NCBI GenBank assembly: GCA_976551045.1
Contig: CDPCPM010000323.1
Coordinates: 2,542,001-2,606,000, forward strand
Origin: Glaucostegus cemiculus
Lineage: Eukaryota
Length of the DNA stretch: 64,000 nt
Direction: 5' to 3'
The notes beneath the pieces were generated by a model. That model was not told where the DNA came from. It was given only the letters and a program-made list of their open reading frames with translations, and searched no databases. This document shows, one piece after another, positions 1 to 12,178 of the stretch. A program made the position numbers and the translations under genes. How positions within the stretch are numbered: the stretch's first letter is position 1; each line of letters opens with the position of its first letter.

Positions 1-325
1 TCATAATCTGGAGACCTGAACAAACAATTCAGAGACACAAGTTCAAATCCTACTATGGCAATTGTGAAATTTGGATTGAGTTAATAATGTTGAATTTAAC
101 AAGGAGCCTTGACAATTACGATCACAAACTACCAGATGGTAGTAAAAACTGCTGTGCTTCGGGGAAGAAATCTGGCATCCTTATCAAGTTGGGCTCCTGC
201 GTGATACCTTACCCACAGCAATGTCGTCGGCTCTTAAGTTTTCACTGAGGAGGCCTAGTAACTCACTGTGTTCAGGAGTAATGAAAAAACGCGTGACAAA
301 TTACCAATGATGCCCACACTCCTAA
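1..325 (+). mobile_element. Degenerate SINE-like repeat
   Basis: B-box-like gttcaaatcc near 41-50; body resembles 51050-51390; ends in a gatgcccacac tail like the 3' end of the LINE family at 11370 and 29385. Confidence 0.45.
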
Positions 326-479
326 AAGCACTCATATAATCTGTCTATATCTCTTTACAGATACTTTACATCCTCCTCACATCTCACTCTCCTATTTAGC
401 ATTGTAACATCAATATATTTGGATATAATGAGTCTTTTAATCTAAGTCGTTAATGTAAATTGTGAATAGATAGGAACGC

Positions 480-900
480 TAGGTCAACCCATTAGTAACA
501 GTCAGCCAATGTGAAAATGACCCATTTAATCCTACTCTTTTCGGTCCTTTAACCAATCCTCTACTCATGGCAAGAACACACAGACATTGGAAATTGGAGG
601 AGGACTAGACCATTCAGCCCTCACCACAGCACTGCCAGTCAGTAAGATCGTGACTAATCCTGAGTGCCATTTTCCTCCAGGACCCCATATCCCTTAAATC
701 CCATAATATCCATATGCTAATATGTGAACCTTAATCATGTAAATCCTTGTTTTACGCAGCATCATTTTATATGACATCTTATTAGATGTCTTTTGAAATC
801 CAAATATATTACATCTGCTACTTCCCTCATATCTACGCTGCTAGTTAGGTCCACAAAATATGCCATTTGATTTGTTAAACGTGACAAAACCACATTGACT
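480..900 (-). mobile_element. CR1 LINE fragments
   Basis: Antisense CR1 3' tail (ggaggactagaccattcagccc) and antisense RT remnant (ttttgaaatccaaatatattacatc). Confidence 0.5.
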
Positions 901-901
901 C

Positions 902-1748
902 TGTTACGAAACCAGCAACAAAAGAAGCACACCAATTCATACTTCAGTGTTAAAACTACTTTATTAATAACTACATCCGATAATACATAAAATAAGAATA
1001 AAAAGTTAGTATATTAGTACACAATAAAATGTCAGAATCTTAAACTATAACCCCAAAAACTACTCGTCGTGTGTGTGCGGCAAGTTCCTAAACTCCAAGT
1101 CCAGGAATTAGTTCTTAAAGTTCAGTTCAATAAGCCGTAAGATGACACGAATAAAGGCTTCTTCACAAGCACTGTCCACCGAAGACAAAACATAGATATA
1201 GAGAGAGATTAGAGAGGAATCACAAAATCCAAATGTTCCACTCGAAACTCAAACGACACTTCAGGGCTTGCTAGGTAGTGACTTTCTCACCCTGAAAACT
1301 CCTTGATTGTGACTGTCCATGCAAGTACCTGTGTTCTTCTACAGGTTAGCAGCAAAGTGAATTCCGTCACTTTGTTCCACAGTATCTGCCACTCTGAAGA
1401 GCATCCAAAATGTGGTTGTCCACGCAAACACCTGTGTCCTTCTACAGGTTACCGACAAAGTGAACTCCATTGGACTACTCCAGAAATCCATCCACGGATT
1501 TTAGTGACAAACACAGTTACTGTCCTTCATCCATCGACAGAAACAAAACAGGCTGCCGTCTCTCCTTCTTCTCTCTCTCCGTCTGTCTGTCTTTCTCTCT
1601 CCGTCTGTCTATCTCTCTCTCCCATCTTTTTCTTTCTTGTAATGACCTCATCACATTAATCTTATCTTCTGTTGACGTAATACGTTGCACGCACACACAA
1701 TGTTCCATCTTAAAGGGATATTTATCTATAGTAAGCTACTTCGTAACA
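902..1748 (-). mobile_element. Solo LTR (Gypsy-like), family A copy 1
   Basis: Inverted termini TGTTACGAA...TTCGTAACA; 4-bp TSD ACTC (898-901 / 1749-1752); reverse-complement similarity to 37734-38614. Confidence 0.85.
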
Positions 1749-2010
1749 ACTCTAATTTTCTATGACATAGAAAGTGGAGCTATTTGTGTCATTTTATATT
1801 ATGTACCCATCATAATAAAGGTCACTTGATGTGTACCTTAATGCAGTAGTGACCAGGTTTGGCAGAAGTCTCACCTATTAAGAAATTACACCAGGCAGTT
1901 CCAGGTATGATTCACTTTTGCATGACTGATGTTTTTCTGATGCCATTTGTGTACAAAATGACATCATCAGCAGGTTATCCACCTTACCAAAAGCAAGTGG
2001 AGCAATCATG

Positions 2011-2142
2011 GAGACACAGGAGAGACTGCAGATGCTGGAAATGTGGAGCAACACACAAATGCTGGAGGAACTCAGCGGGTCAGGCAGCATCAATGGAGGG
2101 AAATGGACAGTCAGTGTTTCAGCTCCAGACCTTTCCTTAGGA
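2011..2142 (-). mobile_element. Penelope pLTR-derived short element
   Basis: ctgcagatgctggaaa...gctggaggaactcagcgggtcaggcagcatc motif; TSD caatcatg (2003-2010 / 2143-2150). Confidence 0.75.
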
Positions 2143-2949
2143 CAATCATGAGCAGCCTATGACTTTAATATTTAACTCACAGTCAAATGAGGAGCAAAGT
2201 CCACGCAAGTTAGCAAAGCAACGTGAATGAAAGAATCCTGACTGGGACCCCAATGAGTTGCTGTGCAAATTGCCTGCCTAAGCTTTCAATGCTGGGCCTC
2301 GTAGTGTTACAACTATGCACAGCAGTTGGACATGCTACAGTCTCTGCAGAGTAATGAGGCTTTGCATTGCAGTGGCATGGGTCATGAGAGGCATGGGACT
2401 CAATCTGTGACAATGGTCACAGTTGGGGGTGGAGGTGGTGAAGGTGGCATAGTTACGTTTAGCTGTGTCCACCCCCCACTCCTTGTTTTCCTTCACATCT
2501 ATGACAGCTAATTATGCTGCTGTATTATGGCTGCCTCAGGAACAGTTCTTTAAATAGATGACCCCTGTCTCCTTGTGGCAAAAGTACTACAGCTGCAAGC
2601 ATCTACCATCAAGAACTAGGGTAAAAATCAACCATCACTTTAATGGTTTTTGTAGAGTTAAAATGAAGTTTTGAGGCTTCCCACCTTTGTACATTCATAT
2701 TAAATATAGCACTTGCTTAACACTTTTAAATAGGGAAAAATCTAATTTTTCAGCAGATCCTCCTTGTTGCTGCAGGAAAATTCCAGTAATCCAGGATACT
2801 TGGAACTTTGGTGCCATTCTGGCTGCTTTTCTGGACTATTGGACGTTAATAACCCAGAACACTTTTGATTCACTTCTTTTAAATGTTATGGGGTGGTCTC
2901 TTAAGCGTTTCAGTGAACCGGATAGGTTTAACAAGAGCGCAAAAACTTG

Positions 2950-3130
2950 AGCCCCAGTTAGTGGAAAGAAGTGCAGATACTGGGTCTGTGGGGAGTGGGT
3001 AGGGAATGTGGGAACTGGGACCCCAGTAAGTGGAAAGGGAGCATGGAAAACATTGCACAGTGAGTGGAAAAAGATCACAGATATTAGGGGGGGGGGGGTG
3101 GGGTGGGCCCAGTGAGTGGAAAGTGAGAGT
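2950..3130. repeat. Degenerate G-rich tandem repeat
   Basis: Recurring cccagt(g/a/t)agtggaaa units and a poly-G run. Confidence 0.5.
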
Positions 3131-3839
3131 GGTAAACATCAACTGGTGACCCAGATGCCAAGCCATCAGGATTTCTGAATAGTTAGGAAGTGGATTATCA
3201 ACATTTCACTAATGTCCTCAATGATGTCGTCCAGCATTTTCCTTACAACAGAGTATAGTTATAGCTTCCTTCTTTCTTAAGAAGCAATACTACATTTGCT
3301 ACTTTCCAATTTGCTGGGTACTTGGCAACACTTTATCATTGAGCCTCATACTCTCTCTGGACTAATAAGAATCAGAGCTCACGGGAATGCCAACTTGTCA
3401 TGTTTTTTAATAGGATTTCAAAATTCCAATATTATTTTTGCACCCTAGCACAGATAGAATTGCTCATTCACTTCCTGTCAACAGAACTAATTGTGCAAAT
3501 GTCATGCCACTTTTTAAAAATGTCTTGGGATTTGGCCAATACCAGCAAGGCCGCAGAAAATGCACATCCCTCATTTGCCTGAGGGAATTAAGAGTCAATT
3601 ACTTAATGAGACGTGTGTCATACATAGGTTGGGTAGAGTGAAGGTGGCTGTTCCTTTTCCCTGAAATTTGATCTAGTGATTTTCATGGTCTGTGGCAATA
3701 ACCCACACACAGCCCATTTATTTTTTACTCAAATTCACTTAAACAACCTTCAGGGGTAAGAGCAGACCTCTTTGTCTCCGGGTTGCTGGAAAAACTACTG
3801 TAACAACTAGATTTCCATTGAAAATCCATCAACAGTCAA

Positions 3840-4036
3840 TGCTGAAATTCTGAAGTGAAAGCAGAAGCAGTTGGGCACACTCTGCAGGTCAGGCAGCATC
3901 TGTGGAAAGAGTAACAGTGTTAAAGTTTCAGGTCAAAATCCTTCATCCGGGTTAATGTTTCAGACAAGGGGTTTTTGACCAGAAACATTAACTCACCTTT
4001 TCCACAGATCTGCCTGACCTGCTGAGAGTTTTCAGC
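3840..4036. mobile_element. Fold-back Penelope pLTR element
   Basis: gcaggtcaggcagcatctgtggaaa on the left and its inverse tttccacagatctgcctgacctgc on the right. Confidence 0.7.
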
Positions 4037-6173
4037 TTGTTAATGTGCGCTACATTTCCATGCCTGTGTGACCAGTATTGCAGGTTCACAGAGATGGTAT
4101 AAGTCTTCCTGATTGCAAGTCCGTACAATGGCCTGATTTCCTGTCAGGCTGGCAGAGGGGATCCAGGGACTGATGAAGTGCAAGAAACCAAAAGAAAAAC
4201 CAAACAGAAACTACAGAGAGATATAAAATATAACCTAAGGACACATGAAAAACTGAATAGGCCCAATTTCCAGTCAGATCAAGAAACTCGGGGCAGGAAA
4301 TTCATGGAAAGACACTGGTATAACAAAAGGTTGGCATTTCCTTTTATGTTTCCTTGGGCTGCTTCCAGAGAACCCCTAATGTGCAAGCCCAGTGTTGCCA
4401 TGGATATGAGATAAAGATTTGGCTTCCTGGCCTGATTTGCCTGCCCTGGCTCTGGAGAGACGCCCAGAGAGAGGAATGCCTTTCAGAGCTGCCACATGCA
4501 TGAAGGATCTCCACAAAATGGATGTCTCTGCGTCCAGGCAGTAAAGTGGCCTCTTTCCTTGTACCATACAAATCCCTGCCATCCCCACCCAGCCTGTCTG
4601 GAACTAAGGAGGAGAGGGACAGTTCTGGTGGGAAGTCAGGAACATTGATCCTAGATGTCCAGGGAAGTAGGAAGATCAACATGCAGCAGCAAAGGACATT
4701 AACTGGAGAGAGGCAGAGCAAACGTAAACTTCCTCCCACACCTACTACTGTAAACACTGAAGTTGTGAACTACTTTGAATGTGCAGATGACTTTTCATGC
4801 TCAGATCCACCTGATTTGAAAAGCATTAGCGAAAGAGTTTCTGAAATTATTTTTCCATGGTGTTTTCTGGTCCTTCTGCACTTCCCAGCCTGAAGGTCCA
4901 TAAACCTCCCCTAAAGTCATTTGAAATTACTCAAGGATGGATTACAGAGGGATCCTAACCCTAATTTGCAATGGATAAAGAGACAGAATGCCTATTGTTA
5001 GCTTAATAGTCCTGTACCCACACAGCATTCGAATGAGATCAGATGCTCAGCAGAAAGATGATCGAGGGCATTTTCATTGCGTCCTGTAAAGATGCCTCCT
5101 ACTCGTCTGAGAAGGATATTCTTTGATACACCAACCCATTAAGTGTTAAATGCTTTATTAAATACTTAGTTTTGCTGGTACTTTAGATGCTGTGAATTCT
5201 GAAGAAGAGATTTACATCAGAGTGGCCAATGTAATACAAAGTACATGGAAACTAAACTCGAAAGCGAATGCATGTCAATGTGGTGTCATTATTGGAAGAG
5301 TTTTTTATTAGATCTGATATTGCTGCATCCAATTTGATCCCATTGCTTCAGTGATTGAGAATCTGTAGCCTGTCCTCTTTTACAGCTATAAATGTTCTCA
5401 TTTCTCATATTTATTTTTCATCTTAAACCAAAAATCAGAAGTTAATTTTCATTTTCTGTTCTTTCTGACAGTGTGATTATCAGCTTGTCAGCTCTGCATC
5501 TTACTGTAATGTGCATTGCTGCTCTGATTATACAAAATTACGAAGGTATTTAGAGTGTTAGACTGGAGAGCTCTGACTAGTACCAAGATCTTAAGGAGCT
5601 AAAGTCACAAAGATTTGTGCTGTCATATTTGTGTCGAGGAAGTTGTGCATTTAATGATGATTACAGCATTACATTGCAGAAATAGTTTAAATCCAGCTGA
5701 GAGTTATGTGACTGTTTGATCAGATATCACCATTCCATTACATGGACAGAGAAACCATGTAATTCATGGAACATTCTTTAAACAGAACTGCAGCACAGCA
5801 GTTTTACAAAAGCAAACGTTACAGGAGAGTCCTTCATATATATTAAAAAAAATAAAATGTTCCTGACTGCAATTTCAGGGGCTCAATGAAATGGAAAAAG
5901 CAGTAAGCTTAAGTTCAATTTTAGTTAAACTGCTGAATTATTTCAAAATTGCTGCAGGAAGGTAGGTACCTCCAGTTTATGCCCACAGGTTGTGATTCTA
6001 GGGTTGCAGATGGCACAGGTGGTGACCATTCAGCCTTTAACATCTATTCTATCTCTCTGCAAGAACCATCCATTTATGTCCATTTCAACCATCCATCCAT
6101 TTGTGTTCCAATGCCCAGTGATTAAGATTCTGCTAATACACCGCTTGTTCTTCCTGCAATAATCTTAAACTTG

Positions 6174-6335
6174 AAACACAAGAGACCTACAGATGCTGGA
6201 ACCTGGAGCAACAAACAATCTGCTAGAGGAACTCAATGGGTCAAGCAGCATCTGTGGAAGGAAAAGAATTGTCTGCGTTTAGGGTCAAAACCCTGCATCA
6301 GGACTGAGTTCCTCCAGCAGATTGTTTGTTGCTCT
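6174..6335. mobile_element. Fold-back Penelope pLTR element
   Basis: Inverted arms gagcaacaaacaatctgctagaggaactca / tgagttcctccagcagattgtttgttgctc; 15-bp TSD ataatcttaaacttg (6159-6173 / 6336-6350). Confidence 0.8.
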
Positions 6336-7494
6336 ATAATCTTAAACTTGTACCTTTTCACTAGCATCTCACCTAGCTATGCAAATAGTCTTATCCAAAT
6401 ACCCAATCAAAATCTCTCAGAATTCTGAACAGCTTTCTTAGTTCCCCTCTTAAGGTTCCTGTCTGGCATAAAATAATCCATCTCCTCAAATCTCTCATCA
6501 CACCTAAAACCTCATACCCTGATGGCATCTCAGTGAATCATACTAACATGACCTTGACATCTTTCCTAATGTATCACTTCCTAAACTAGGGTTGTCATAT
6601 TTCCTGTGACTCAGTGGGAACAAATGATTTAAAATACATTGATTATCACTGTAGGAGCCCATCAGAGAGTCACAGTTTGATCTTCCGAAGCTGGATAAAT
6701 TGTCCACATCTGTTTCATGACAAGAAAAGTGAAGCTGGTATGTGGATGGGTATGCAGTTCTGTTGAACATTGTGCTAGGGTGTAATAACGTCATATTCGT
6801 CAGAGGTTTACTACAACAAGCAGAGCTACCTTGGAATACATGGTAAAAGGGTGTTTAAAATGATCGCCACGATCTGAAAGCCCACTGAGAATGATTGCTA
6901 TTATGCCAAACACACATTATATGACAATAAATCATCTCTGTGAACAGGATGTTCTTTCTTGATGTTGGCACAGAATCAATGAAATGATTAAGCCAGATGC
7001 ACGAAAGCGATTTGGTCTTGATTGTAATGAAATCTTCTCCTCTGCATTTCAAGATGTCTTAATTGAAACTTCTGTCAACTTGAATAGGATTGAGGGTTAT
7101 TTAAGTTTATTTCCCATCCCACTGAGAATATCTCAAGCATTTCAGAACATTGAGCAATGCCAGATCTATGCAAAGAGATGCTGTTTACTACATACTTAAA
7201 CTCCTTCATCATCTCTTTTTGGTGTCTTTCGTTGCCAAACTACCCCCTTCTCCTCCTGCCTCCATGGACTTACCCTAATCCATCCTCCTTGATGGAGAAA
7301 GCGATGGCACACAGAGCCACATACGATGGTGGTGCTTGGTCAATGGAAGCAGTGTCATAGAGTCATACAACACATTAATAGGCCCTTCAGCCCAACAAGT
7401 CCATGCTGACCATCTGAACTATTATTCATAGGCAGCTTGACATAATCCTCCATCGATAATCTCTGTTTTGATTGTCTCAGCTCTCCTTAAATTC

Positions 7495-7705
7495 CACCAC
7501 TGATCTATACCCTAAGTGACCAATTAACCTACCAACCCGCGTGTCTTTGGGATGTTGGAGGGAACCGGAGCTCCCGGAGGAAACCCACACAGTCAGAAGG
7601 AGAACATGCAAACTCCACACAGACAGCACCCGAGGTCGGGATTGAACCTGGGTCTCTGACATTGTGAGGCAGTGGCTCACTAGCTGCACCACTATGTTGC
7701 CCAGT
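7495..7705 (-). mobile_element. tRNA-derived V-SINE (HE1-like), older subfamily
   Basis: Antisense V-domain ggaaccggagctcccggaggaaacccacacag and antisense B-box ggattgaacc. Confidence 0.8.
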
Positions 7706-9009
7706 GGTTGAAAGAGATTTTCTGCAGCCCCTTCAAAATACCTGAAGGATGTGATTCAACCATTTGGGTTTTCACAGACTCTTTTGCCAATATCCGTCTA
7801 TTTATTGGCAGCCTTTAGACATGTTATAATGGGGATGAACAGTAAAATTCATGAGACACAGGCACAAATGGTATCTGAAGAATAGATTTTTTATTATGTT
7901 TACAGACCGTAGCCCTGGGAGATTTGATTTGTTTGCACACAACAACACATTGGCCAGAAAACGTGTTCTTTCTGAGATTGGACTGGAAAGTTGAACATTT
8001 TGATAGCTTTTTATTCCTAATCGAACCGTAAATCAGCAACAGCAGATGTTGGTATCTGTTGCATGCAGGCCTGTGATTGGAATCCACATCACATGTCCAT
8101 GTAATCAGGAACAGAGGCCATTGTACTTTAAAGGATTGAAATCGCAGAACACCTCAGCTAAGGAAAGGATGTTCAGTTGAGGATAAGCTTGTCTGTTTGC
8201 CTTCAGGTTTTTTTTTGTATTATTTGCTGTTATACTAAATGGCTGTCCTTTTATGGTGTAGTATTCTGACATGCAAAGTCATTCAAAGTGTGGCTGCCAC
8301 ACCAACTGAATTAGATTGTGTGCACAAATTTTGTTTGGATTTGCCAAATAATGTTATCACGTTTCAAAATGCAACCTGCTCCGGAGGGTTACAATTAACA
8401 AACTACCACTCCTCTCCCCCAGGCCCAAGGGACCTCACCAAACCATGTGATTTTTAGTGCTCTCAGACTTTGTTTTATGTTCTTGATTGCCTTCTGAAGG
8501 CCAACATATTACTCACAGGCAGGTTATCATGCCTGTTAAGAAAGAATGTGATGTTAACAAAGGAGAGGCGTTTTGTCTTGAGTCAGGTATCTAGCTACCA
8601 TTTTCAATACCTGATATGTACACACACAGCTACTGAATTTGACGAAGTCTATCTATAGTAGTCAATTTATTATCAGTGGTTTTGTGGACTGTGCCAAGTT
8701 ATACCATTTATCACGCTATTATCCTGTACCAATTAGCTCACAATAAATTGAACAACGTCACCAGCACAGCAGTCCAATGTCCAGTTAAGTTCCTTCTTGA
8801 TTTATTCAGTAAACTTGATGAGTTTCAAGGAAGCTTCAAGGCTGTCTGGGGTACAGCCTTACTTTCTACCAGCCTGTGGCCAGCCACACTGAAGGGCTGC
8901 AGCAGCAATGCTGGAGGTCCTCAGGACCCATATGGCCACAGGCATTTAGAGTGGCCTTGGAGCTAACGTGGATGCTGACTGCAAGTTGCAGCTAGGATTA
9001 GATCAAAAT

Positions 9010-9210
9010 GTCAAAGGCCACATCCTAACTTGGACATATAGAAAACAGCGGGATGGAAGGTCAGAGGCATTGGAATTAGGTTAAGGAGACTGGTGAAGTG
9101 GACAGAGAAGGGAAGGTGAAACTTCATGCAGTGAAGTGTGAATTGATATAATTGGGAAGATGAAAGAAGAGGCAGTTTGAATGGACTGGTACAATTTGAA
9201 CATAGAGACA
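9010..9210 (+). mobile_element. Degenerate CR1 fragment
   Basis: gactggtgaagtggacagagaag...aagtgtgaattgatata resembles the CR1 RT C-terminal region also seen near 18920-18990. Confidence 0.45.
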
Positions 9211-9247
9211 CAGCTCTCCCATCCTCAAACCATTATAGCTCTCCCCA

Positions 9248-9577
9248 TGCACGGCAGCCAAGGTAGTGTAGTGATTACAGCGCCAGCAAGGTAGTGTAGC
9301 AGTTAGCATAATGCCTCACAGCGCCAGAGACCCGGGTTCATTTCCCGCCGCTGTCTGTAAGGAGTTTGTACGTTCTCCCCGTGTCTGCGTGGGTTTCCTC
9401 TGAATGCTCCGGCTTCCTCCCACATTCCAAAGATGTACAGGTTAGGAAGTTGTGGGCATGCTACGTTGGCGCCGGAAGCATGGCGGCACTTGCGGCTGCC
9501 CACAGCATGCTACGCAGAACGATGTATTTCACTGTGTGTTTCAATGTACATGTGACTCATGACGATATCTTATCTTA
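9248..9577 (+). mobile_element. Young V-SINE, tail type A, with duplicated head
   Basis: A/B boxes, V-domain gtttgtacgttctccccgtgtctgcgtgggtttcctc, tail gtacatgtgact...tatcttatctta. Confidence 0.9.
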
Positions 9578-9609
9578 GCTGCAGTGACAGCTGAAGGTTA
9601 TTAATTAAT

Positions 9610-9915
9610 TAAGAGTTGCTGGCTCACAGTTTCAGGGACCTGGGTTTGATTCTGACTTTGGGTGCTGTCTGTGTGTGGAACATGCAGATTCTCCCTGTAA
9701 CTGAGGGGTTTCCTCCTAGTGCTCCAGTTTCCTCCCACATCCCAGAGATGCGTGGGTTGGTAGGTTAATTGGCCACTGTAAATTATCTGTAATGTGTAGG
9801 TGGGTGTTAAAACCTGGGGTAATTGGTGAAGAATGTGGGGAGAATAGGTTACAGGGAAAATTAGTGGAGGAATAGGATTGCTCTGTGAACGGGTGTAGAC
9901 TTGATGGGCTGCAAG
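9610..9915 (+). mobile_element. Older V-SINE
   Basis: gggtttgattctgactttgggtgctgtctgtgtg...ggttaattggccactgtaaatt. Confidence 0.75.
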
Positions 9916-10134
9916 GAAATATAAAATATATATGACAAATGAGCTGAGAATTGTTACTATAGTTTGCTGATAAGATCCAGTTGCCAATCAGAGCCTGTAG
10001 GTATTAAGGAACTCTGTGGCTCTCTTACTTGGTCAAAGTCACAAGGTCACTTACTTGATGAGGAGAATGATTGGAAGTTCAAGCTGCTTCAGTTCCTACC
10101 TGAGGAAACTGTATTTGAAAATGTTTGCCCAGAA

Positions 10135-10515
10135 CTGGTACCTGGGCTGGGTTTGTGGGACAGGGGAGTTGGAATGGCAGAGTTCGAGGGGTAGAGGTGG
10201 GTGGGTTCAGGGGGTCAGGATAGCCAGGTTCAGGGAGTTGGACTGGAAGGGATCGGGGGTCCACATCCAGAAGTTTAGGTTATTGGGTGGGGACAGGTCA
10301 GGCCGGATTGAGACAGCCAGATTTTGGGAGTCTGGGTGGCTGGGTTTGGGCAGGTTCTAGCTGGCAAAGTTCAGGGGGAAGTGTTCAGGATTTGAACTTG
10401 GCTCGTGCTGTGGTTAAGGGTGTGTTAGTGAATGGTTGGGGCTGGTGCTGGAGTTGGGAGTGTGGGATTAATGTTGCATCCTAGAATTGGGAAAAGGGGA
10501 GTGGAGACTGGGGAT
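10135..10515. repeat. Degenerate G-rich minisatellite
   Basis: Repeated gggagttgga(a/c)tgg and ggttcagggg-like units. Confidence 0.55.
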
Positions 10516-10528
10516 TATGACCACTGAT

Positions 10529-10658
10529 GAATGCTCACAGACTGAAATGTTGACTGTTTCTCCTTCCACAGATGCTGCCCGGCGTGCTGAGTTTTTCCAG
10601 TGTTTTCTATTTTTGTTTCAGATTTCCAGTATCTGCAGGTTTTTGTTTTAATTTCATC
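10529..10658 (+). mobile_element. Penelope pLTR-derived element
   Basis: gaaatgttgactgtttc...ccacagatgctgcc...cagatttccagtatctgcag; TSD atg(a/g)ccactgat (10517-10528 / 10659-10670). Confidence 0.75.
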
Positions 10659-11369
10659 ATGGCCACTGATTGGCAGTGAAAATAGTAGGGTACAGGATTA
10701 GGTGGGAGGTCAACAGTTTTGGATATTGAGGTCAGGCCAGAGATTGGAAAGGTGAGTAAAGTTTGGTGGGGTCCCAGCCCAGTATCTCAGAGTGAAGACC
10801 TGGTTACTGATCAGACCCCATCAGTGGTCACTCTTGGACAACCTGGTCTCATTTCCCTTGCAGTGCCCAAAAAAAGGAGTATTGCATGGGAAATGACATT
10901 ATCCAGTGTGGCTGCTGTGGAAACAGTGTCAGGATGCAAGATAACTTCTGCACAGAAGTGCCCAGTCAAACCTCCAATGTGATGTGGAACAGCTTAGAAG
11001 TGATTGCTCTCAAATTTCATCCTAGAGAGGAATTGATTTTCAATTGCATAACACTGAAAAAAGTTCTAACTAATCAACTTTACGATGAACCAAGAAATAA
11101 CCATCACTAGATTACAACACCTCATTTAATTTGCATTGCCCCATTCAAAATGGGTGTCTTGACAATTCCACATTTTCTCTTGTAATTTTTTGCCACTTGC
11201 TTTTGCTACGTGAGAGGTTTACAAGGATTACTTCCTTTTTAAAGGTGGTTGTCAAAATTTATCATGGAAAAGGTTGACTAGGAATTTTGCACTGTCTGAA
11301 ATTTTTTTCAGTAGAGGCCACAGAGTGATGCCAATACCAAATGAGGACTGAATGGTTCTTTCATTTAAT

Positions 11370-11985
11370 CACAGATTTTGGTAGTTATTGGCAAAACCAG
11401 CATTGTTTCACATACCTTACTACCCTCAAGAAGTAGTGGTGAACTGCCTTCTTGAACCACAGCAGTTCTTCTTACAATAGCAATGTGAGAAAACTTTCAT
11501 CAGAAGTTCCAGGATTTTAGCCCAACAACATTAAGGGACTTTCATATTGTATCCATTGCAAACAAAGTGAGTGAGTTGGTGTTGAAGAGTGGGATAGGGA
11601 TGGGCATCAATCAGGTGGGCTTTGTCCTAGTTTGTGTCGAGTTCCTTGAATGTCATTGGAGCTGAACTCACCCAGGCAAGTGGAGGGTCTTGCATTATAC
11701 TCATGAAGCGTGCATTTTGGAAAGACTTTAGAGGAAATGAGGTGAATTACACCCCATGAAATACCGAGCCCATAACCTGCACTCGTGGCCATTATTGATA
11801 TAGCTGGTCTAGTTTTCGGTAAGTGATGGCCCTGGGATGATGATAGTGGGGAACTTGATGATAGTAATTCCATTCAATGTCAACAGAAGCTAATTGGACT
11901 CTGCTGCTGGGGATGGTACATCCTTGCCTAGCATATCTTTGCCACTCTCTTGCCCAAGCCTAGATATTGCCTGGATCTCTGCACG
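11370..11985 (-). mobile_element. Old CR1-group LINE 3' fragment
   Basis: ccagcattgtttc...gtggtgaactgccttcttgaacc; same family as 14410-15090 (+) and 29385-29650 (-). Confidence 0.6.
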
Positions 11986-12064
11986 TGGGCAGAGACTGCT
12001 TCAATATTGTGTATATAGAAATTTGAAAGACCAAATGAATTGTCACAATGGTTCAGTTATACTC

Positions 12065-12178
12065 TGTATTGTATGTACCTCTGTGTGTACTTATTTGTGT
12101 GTGTCTGTGTTTGTATACATGTGCGCCTGCGCATGTGTGGATGTTTGTGTGTGTGTGTGTGTGCATGTATTTGTGTTA
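12065..12178. repeat. Imperfect (TG)n microsatellite
   Basis: Seen directly in the sequence. Confidence 0.8.

Noticed and set aside
1303-1829. Overlapping ORFs of ~118 aa
   Set aside because: They lie largely inside a solo LTR and cross a CT microsatellite.
4522-4893. 123-aa ORF with a protein-like stretch (RKLPPTPTT)
   Set aside because: No recognisable domain and no convincing splice signals; I cannot support it as coding without homology or RNA data.
9285-9350. tRNA-like A/B boxes as tRNA genes (also in other SINE heads)
   Set aside because: They are SINE heads continuous with the V-domain; no complete cloverleaf.
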